From Patescibacteria group bacterium (GTDB lineage: Bacteria > Patescibacteriota > JABMPQ01 > JAHIRA01), in assembly GCA_018818205.1 (NCBI GenBank), contig JAHISJ010000012.1, positions 21,523 to 85,522 on the forward strand: a stretch of DNA of 64,000 bases, read 5' to 3'. This document shows, piece after piece, positions 59,149 through 64,000 of the stretch; positions within the stretch are counted from its first letter, which is position 1, and the number at the start of each line of letters is the position of its first letter. The position numbers and the translations under genes were made by a program. Under the pieces are notes generated by a model. That model worked only from the letters and a program-made list of their open reading frames with translations, searched no databases and had not been told where the DNA came from.

Positions 59149-60663
59149 TCACTCCTTATCTAACCGATACTGAAGTGCCTCAGCGATATGATCCTCTCCA
59201 ATATCCTTGACGCCAGATAAATCAGCAATAGTACGGGACACCTTAATAATCCTAAAATACGACCGTGCAGAGAGCTTTAAACGCTTTGCTGCTTGTTGCA
59301 GCAACAATTCTGAAGGAGATGATAGCGCACAAAACGCTTTAATGTGCTTGCTATGCATTTCAGAGTTGGTAAAAACTTGAGTGTCTTTAAATCGATTTTT
59401 TTGAACTTTCCGTGCAGCTTCCACTCTTTTACGAATACTGCTAGATGCTTCATTATCTTGCGTTACGGTCAATTTATCGTAATCAACTCTAGGTACATCT
59501 ACATGCAAATCTATGCGATCGAGCAGTGGTCCAGAGATCTTTTTTTGATACCGTTCTACTTGAGTAGGAGCACACCTGCAATCATGCTCAGGGGAGCCTA
59601 AATAGCCACATGGGCATGGATTCATGGAAGCAACTAAAGAGAACTGTGCAGGAAAACTTAGCGTCTGTCTGGCCCTTGAAATCTGAATCACTCCATCTTC
59701 AAGTGGCTGTCTTAAATTCTCAAGCACCGATCTATCAAACTCCGGAAGCTCGTCTAAAAAGAGAATGCCTCTATGCGCAAGACTTACCTCGCCGGGGCGG
59801 GGAAACGCACCACCACCGACAAGAGAAACACCGGATGCGGAATGATGTGGTGATCTAAATGGACGTTCACAAATAAGCGGTTGTTCACGAGAGAGAAGGC
59901 CAGTAACGCTATGAATCCTACTCACCTCCAGTGCCTCATCAAACGTAAGCTCAGGCATTATTGATGGCAGAGAACGCGCCATAAGCGTCTTTCCGGACCC
60001 TGGAGGCCCCGTAAGCAGAATATTATGTCCACCGCTTGCAGCGATCTCTAACGCTCGTCTAACATGCTCTTGCCCGTTTATATGCTTAAAGTCAGCATCA
60101 TGTGCGTCATTTTTATGAGAAACAAAGGTGTGCTTTTCTTTGACTATCTGTTCCTTTTTATTTAAATGAGCAACAACGTCTGATATATGTGAAGCGCCAT
60201 AAACAGTAAGTCCTGGGATTAAAGCAGCCTCTCTCGCATTCTCTTTTGAAACAAAAAGGGCCTCAACATTTGCGTTCTTTGCAAACGCCGCAATAGACAA
60301 GATCCCCTTGCTCGGCCGCACTGAGCCATCAAGAGATAGTTCCCCCACAAAGATGTTATTTTGAAGCTCCTCATGAATAAACCCCTGCGTATGCAAAATA
60401 CCAAGCGCAATCGCAAGATCGTACGAAGGTCCCTCCTTTTTCAAATCGGCTGGAGCTAAATTTACAGTGATTTTCCCTCGCGTAATACAATCAAACGAGT
60501 TTTTAAGCGCCGCCTTTATGCGATCACGTGACTCCTGCACAGCAGTATCGCCAAGACCAACTATCGTAAATGCCGGAAGACCGGGGCTAATATCGACCTC
60601 AACATACACATCTGTTGAGTCTATACCCATAAGTGCTGCCGAACGTACTGTTATAGTCTGCAT
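59149..60663 (-). CDS. comM: YifB/ComM Mg-chelatase-like AAA+ helicase
   Basis: VNLAPADLKKEG, GPPGSGKT, RSPHHS, LFLDELPEF, MNPCPCG, SGPLLDRID. Confidence 0.93.
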   Translation of the reverse strand: MQTITVRSAALMGIDSTDVYVEVDISPGLPAFTIVGLGDTAVQESRDRIKAALKNSFDCITRGKITVNLAPADLKKEGPSYDLAIALGILHTQGFIHEELQNNIFVGELSLDGSVRPSKGILSIAAFAKNANVEALFVSKENAREAALIPGLTVYGASHISDVVAHLNKKEQIVKEKHTFVSHKNDAHDADFKHINGQEHVRRALEIAASGGHNILLTGPPGSGKTLMARSLPSIMPELTFDEALEVSRIHSVTGLLSREQPLICERPFRSPHHSASGVSLVGGGAFPRPGEVSLAHRGILFLDELPEFDRSVLENLRQPLEDGVIQISRARQTLSFPAQFSLVASMNPCPCGYLGSPEHDCRCAPTQVERYQKKISGPLLDRIDLHVDVPRVDYDKLTVTQDNEASSSIRKRVEAARKVQKNRFKDTQVFTNSEMHSKHIKAFCALSSPSELLLQQAAKRLKLSARSYFRIIKVSRTIADLSGVKDIGEDHIAEALQYRLDKE

Positions 60664-60729
60664 GTAGTTTCTTTTTAGATAATAAAAAAGCAGAGATATC
60701 TCCGCTTTTTATTATGAAATGGTAAGGCG

Positions 60730-61200
60730 CTACACTGACTTCTGCCAAAAAAATTCTTTAGCACCCAGAAGCAACACACCGCAGACAATGGCAACGTCCG
60801 CAATGTTGAATACCGGCCAAATAAGTACCCCCAGATAATCGGTGACGTAGCCCAAAGTCACTCGATCAACAATATTGCTCAGTGCCCCACCAGCAATACA
60901 GGAAACAATCACCGCATAAAAAGGATTATTAAGCTTTTCACGGTAATAATAGAGTAGAAGTGCCGTTACGACACCAATCAAACTATACAGTATAAACTGT
61001 GGCACAGGAATACCAAACGCGATTCCACTATTTTGATAGTGTGAAACGTTAACATACTCTGACCCAATACTGTCTCCAATCTTGATGTTTTCTCGAACAA
61101 AATACTTTGCTATCTGATCTACACAAAAAACAATACTCCCCGGTAAAAGAAGTAATACAACCTGAACTAAACGGCTACTTTGTGTCTTCTTTGTCTGCAT
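60730..61200 (-). CDS. lspA: Lipoprotein signal peptidase
   Basis: DQIAK, NSGIAFG, GALSNIVDR..GYVTDY, WPVFNIAD. Confidence 0.92.
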   Translation of the reverse strand: MQTKKTQSSRLVQVVLLLLPGSIVFCVDQIAKYFVRENIKIGDSIGSEYVNVSHYQNSGIAFGIPVPQFILYSLIGVVTALLLYYYREKLNNPFYAVIVSCIAGGALSNIVDRVTLGYVTDYLGVLIWPVFNIADVAIVCGVLLLGAKEFFWQKSV

Positions 61201-61540
61201 CAGCAATGGTCTCTGCCCATGGGATCGCTTTTAAACGCTCAAGGGGAATTTCTTTACCGGTCTTCTCACAAATACCATACGTACCTTCACCCATTTTTTT
61301 GAGCGCCTTTTTCACCTTCACGAGCTGAACTTCCATCTTCGCTTCAAGATCAAGCCTGACATCATAATCTGCAACCTCTGTGGCATTCTGCTCCTCCTCG
61401 TCTCCATAATTTGGAAACTTGGCATCATAATCATTAGGAACATGTTCGTCCTTTTTTGCTATTTCTGAAAGCTGGCCTTCAAGCATTGTTTCTTGCTCCT
61501 CAAGTTTTGTGCGAAGCAGATCTAATGTTTCTTTATCCAT
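61175..61540 (-). CDS. TraR/DksA family regulator
   Basis: ALKKMGEGTYGICEKTGKEIPLERLKAIPWA. Confidence 0.88.
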   Translation of the reverse strand: MDKETLDLLRTKLEEQETMLEGQLSEIAKKDEHVPNDYDAKFPNYGDEEEQNATEVADYDVRLDLEAKMEVQLVKVKKALKKMGEGTYGICEKTGKEIPLERLKAIPWAETIADADKEDTK

Positions 61541-61558
61541 GGTAATCGATTTTAAGGT

Positions 61559-62308
61559 TTATGTATTCTTAACTTCTCTTACTCTCATTATCAGGCCTAT
61601 GGTCGACGCAGTCAAGATAAGAACTGAAAGTAGAAGAGAAAGAATAAACGAACCAGTGTAATTTGCAGTAGAAAGGGCAAGTAGAAGTACTACCAAAAAG
61701 TGCAAAACAGTAATAACAATCAATAGATAATAAAAATAAATACCGCTTTGAATCTTCCTTTTGGACATCTTCCTATATATGAGCGTCCCAATAAAGAGAA
61801 GGATTAAACCAAATGCCTGTGCAAGGTACAGTGAACCGCTCTGGAGTAGCGTAGATGATGTGGTATGACTTTTCCACTCAGACATACCTGCCATAAACCT
61901 GCCAAGCGTTGCCAAGGAAAGTCCTGGAAGACTCGCAAATAGCGCAGCATCAAGCCATGGAAAAAGCTCATCTCTCTTTTTATAGTAAAGCCACAGAAAG
62001 AGGTACCCAAACGCGCCAATAAGTGCGCCTTCCAATGAAAATCCTCCGTACCAATACGTTGCCATTTCACGTGGATTGCTCAGATAATATGAGCAATGCG
62101 CAACGACAAAAAAGAATCTTCCAAGAATAATCCCCAAAAGAACTGCCCAAAAAACATTGTCAAATATACGCTTTGTAGAAAGTGACAGTCTGCGTAACTG
62201 AAGATACAAAACAAACACAGACACTAAAAGCCCCAATAACAAAAAGAACCCAAAATAATAAAGGGTAAATTCTTGATTGAGTAATGAAAAAGAGACAAAT
62301 GCCTGCAT
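61559..62308 (-). CDS. lgt: Prolipoprotein diacylglyceryl transferase-like protein (divergent)
   Basis: LYYFG, GIILGRFFFV, WYGGFSLEGALIG, LATLGRF; adjacent to lspA. Confidence 0.7.
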   Translation of the reverse strand: MQAFVSFSLLNQEFTLYYFGFFLLLGLLVSVFVLYLQLRRLSLSTKRIFDNVFWAVLLGIILGRFFFVVAHCSYYLSNPREMATYWYGGFSLEGALIGAFGYLFLWLYYKKRDELFPWLDAALFASLPGLSLATLGRFMAGMSEWKSHTTSSTLLQSGSLYLAQAFGLILLFIGTLIYRKMSKRKIQSGIYFYYLLIVITVLHFLVVLLLALSTANYTGSFILSLLLSVLILTASTIGLIMRVREVKNT

Positions 62309-62379
62309 GATAGAAACGATTATGCTTTCAGCCTACACGCTACCATAAAAGCGAAAAAAGGTGAAGAGCGAGAAAAAAA

Positions 62380-62561
62380 GGAGCACAAATTCAAGAGGGC
62401 GCCGGTTAGGCGCCCCGATAAAATTAATTCATAGGCACTTCCGACGCCCTACTCGTCCTAATCCTCTTAGCAATTTCCTCCGTAAAAACGGAAGAGCATG
62501 CTAACATGGGGATAAGGACGGGACGCATTCAAGTACCGATTTAACTTGAAAGATATACTCC
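62380..62561 (-). ncRNA. Probable 6S RNA
   Basis: ~180 nt rod: GGAGTATA/TGTGCTCC closing stem, TTCAAG/CTTGAA, asymmetric central bubble with a 3' hairpin, long apical stem, followed by a T-run. Confidence 0.6.
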
Positions 62562-62834
62562 AACCATTCTTATGGATACATAGTCTATTTTGGACTAAGA
62601 ATCCTAATTTTGTTTTTGTTGAACGAACAAGGCCCTTAATAAAGGGCGGGAGAATCGGCTCCCAGACGAACAGTAGGAGAGAAATGAAACGAATGCTTTT
62701 CGTATCGTTTCACTCCTACCATCCGCTCCTTAGATTTTGGATGGATGTATGTTTGAGCTGTTTGTATAATGTTCTTCTTCACTACACTAAATGTATCACA
62801 TTTTTAGCACTTAGTCAACCCTAGCTGTGTTCAT

Positions 62835-63065
62835 TAATCCACATGAGAACTATGCTTATTTAAGGCATTTCTGTAAAGTTATACACAATTTTTGTTCAGT
62901 TGTCCACATGGACCTCGAGCTTTTCCCATGGTTATGCACAGAATTCGATCGGTTATCCACACACGGACTGAACAAACCTTGTGTTTTACTTGAAGATTCT
63001 CTCAAAAAAACTGTATGCAGCCCATTTAAGCTCTTTCCTGAGACCGTCTCCTGTGGATAGATAGG
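62835..63065. other. DnaA-box cluster, candidate oriC
   Basis: TAATCCACA 62835, TTATACACA 62879, TTGTCCACA 62900, TTATGCACA 62932, TTATCCACA 62953 and TGTGGATAG 63052 in a non-coding gap. Confidence 0.55.
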
Positions 63066-63099
63066 GGGGGGGCACTGTACGATAAATACAAAGAAATCT

Positions 63100-64000
63100 T
63101 TAGGCGCTTTTTTTCGATTTCTCTTCCATAAGATCAGAGTGCGTCATAAATCGCATTGTCTGTTTAGGAATATGATCAAAAAACGCGGTAGCATACTGCT
63201 TCATTGCTCGTTGATCTAACACAATAAACTCTCCCGTATCTTCCTTTGAACCTAAAAGTGTTTGGAATATCTTATCAAAGACCATCACTGCCCGTGGCAT
63301 AACCAGTGTCCTAAAATAATTGTTAGAATCATCTATTTTCTCAATGGGCTTTGGTGGTTGGAACGGCAAGGTAGTTACAATAAATACATCAAATTGTTTT
63401 GCATCAATATCGGCATTAAGTAAAAATGGTGGAGAGCAAATCAGCAGTGGCTTCTTTGACCTTGCTGCATTACTTAATACTTTGTCCATACCACCTGATG
63501 CTCCTTGGAAAAAAGCATCAATATTACTTTCTCTAAACGCATTGGCATAGTACTTAAAAAAATCAGTAATGCTTCCTTTGTTTTTAAGGACGAGTACTAC
63601 TCCGCGTGAAGCTGATAAATAGACATCAGCCACGGTAGTGTGAAGCTTCTTGTAAAAGTTTCTATCGCTCTCTTCAGGAAAATCGGTTACGACAATAGTT
63701 TCTGTTTGAGTGCGCAAGTCAAGCTCTGGTGTAATACCCTCTGTTTCAAACTGCTTTACCTGCACGACAGGCTCAATGAGAGGAAATAGCCGCTTCTCGC
63801 TATATTTTGACAAAAGAATTGTTGACTGTGACCGCGTATCAAAGTACTCCCTGACATCTGGTATCTTCTCAAAAACAGGAGTCATAGTAAAAAGCAGAGA
63901 CGTTTCAAGTAAGACTATTTCATGCAAATACGTCTTACTTGTCGTGAAAAAAAGTTCCACTTCCTCATTGAACACACTCAGTAGATCTGTATACCCACTC
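63100..64000 (-). CDS. DinG-like helicase C-terminal domain protein (5' part outside window; motifs degenerate)
   Basis: VFIVTTLPFQPP...LVMPRA...DTGEFIVLDQR...Y...FFDHIP. Confidence 0.65.
   Translation of the reverse strand, partial: SGYTDLLSVFNEEVELFFTTSKTYLHEIVLLETSLLFTMTPVFEKIPDVREYFDTRSQSTILLSKYSEKRLFPLIEPVVQVKQFETEGITPELDLRTQTETIVVTDFPEESDRNFYKKLHTTVADVYLSASRGVVLVLKNKGSITDFFKYYANAFRESNIDAFFQGASGGMDKVLSNAARSKKPLLICSPPFLLNADIDAKQFDVFIVTTLPFQPPKPIEKIDDSNNYFRTLVMPRAVMVFDKIFQTLLGSKEDTGEFIVLDQRAMKQYATAFFDHIPKQTMRFMTHSDLMEEKSKKSA

Noticed and set aside
29052-60667. Numerous antisense ORFs of 60-190 aa inside recG, radA, T4SS genes, pcrA and comM
   Set aside because: They are shadow frames of well-supported genes on the opposite strand.
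62546-63060. ORFs 62546-62824 and 62827-63060
   Set aside because: Non-ATG starts and no motifs; the region is better explained by structured RNA and DnaA boxes.

Overview
The gene content suggests a Patescibacteria (CPR)-like chromosome; this is an inference. The window has three parts. (1) 1-3300: 5'-partial clpC, comF and tRNA-Ser. (2) ~3420-25750: an integron-type array of about 18 gene cassettes (CALIN-like; no integrase in the window) starting just downstream of tRNA-Ser. Almost every cassette has its own 20-75 bp terminal inverted repeat extending the R'/R'' boxes. Two attC sites are interrupted by IS elements. One is an IS110 in the R'' box whose circle-junction promoter and bridge-RNA guides (target loop encoding the attC R'' consensus, donor loop encoding its own junction) can be read from the sequence. 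The other is an IS4 at the R' crossover. (3) 25800-64000: core genome with tRNA-Arg(GCG), recG, radA, the CPR-type T4SS-like cluster (pilin, VirB4, PrgI, VirB6-like), rsmA, prenyl enzymes, a DUF3800 gene with a convergent small RNA, pcrA, cell-wall hydrolases, comM, lspA, lgt, a likely 6S RNA and a DnaA-box cluster (oriC candidate). All calls were made by eye; no database searches were run.
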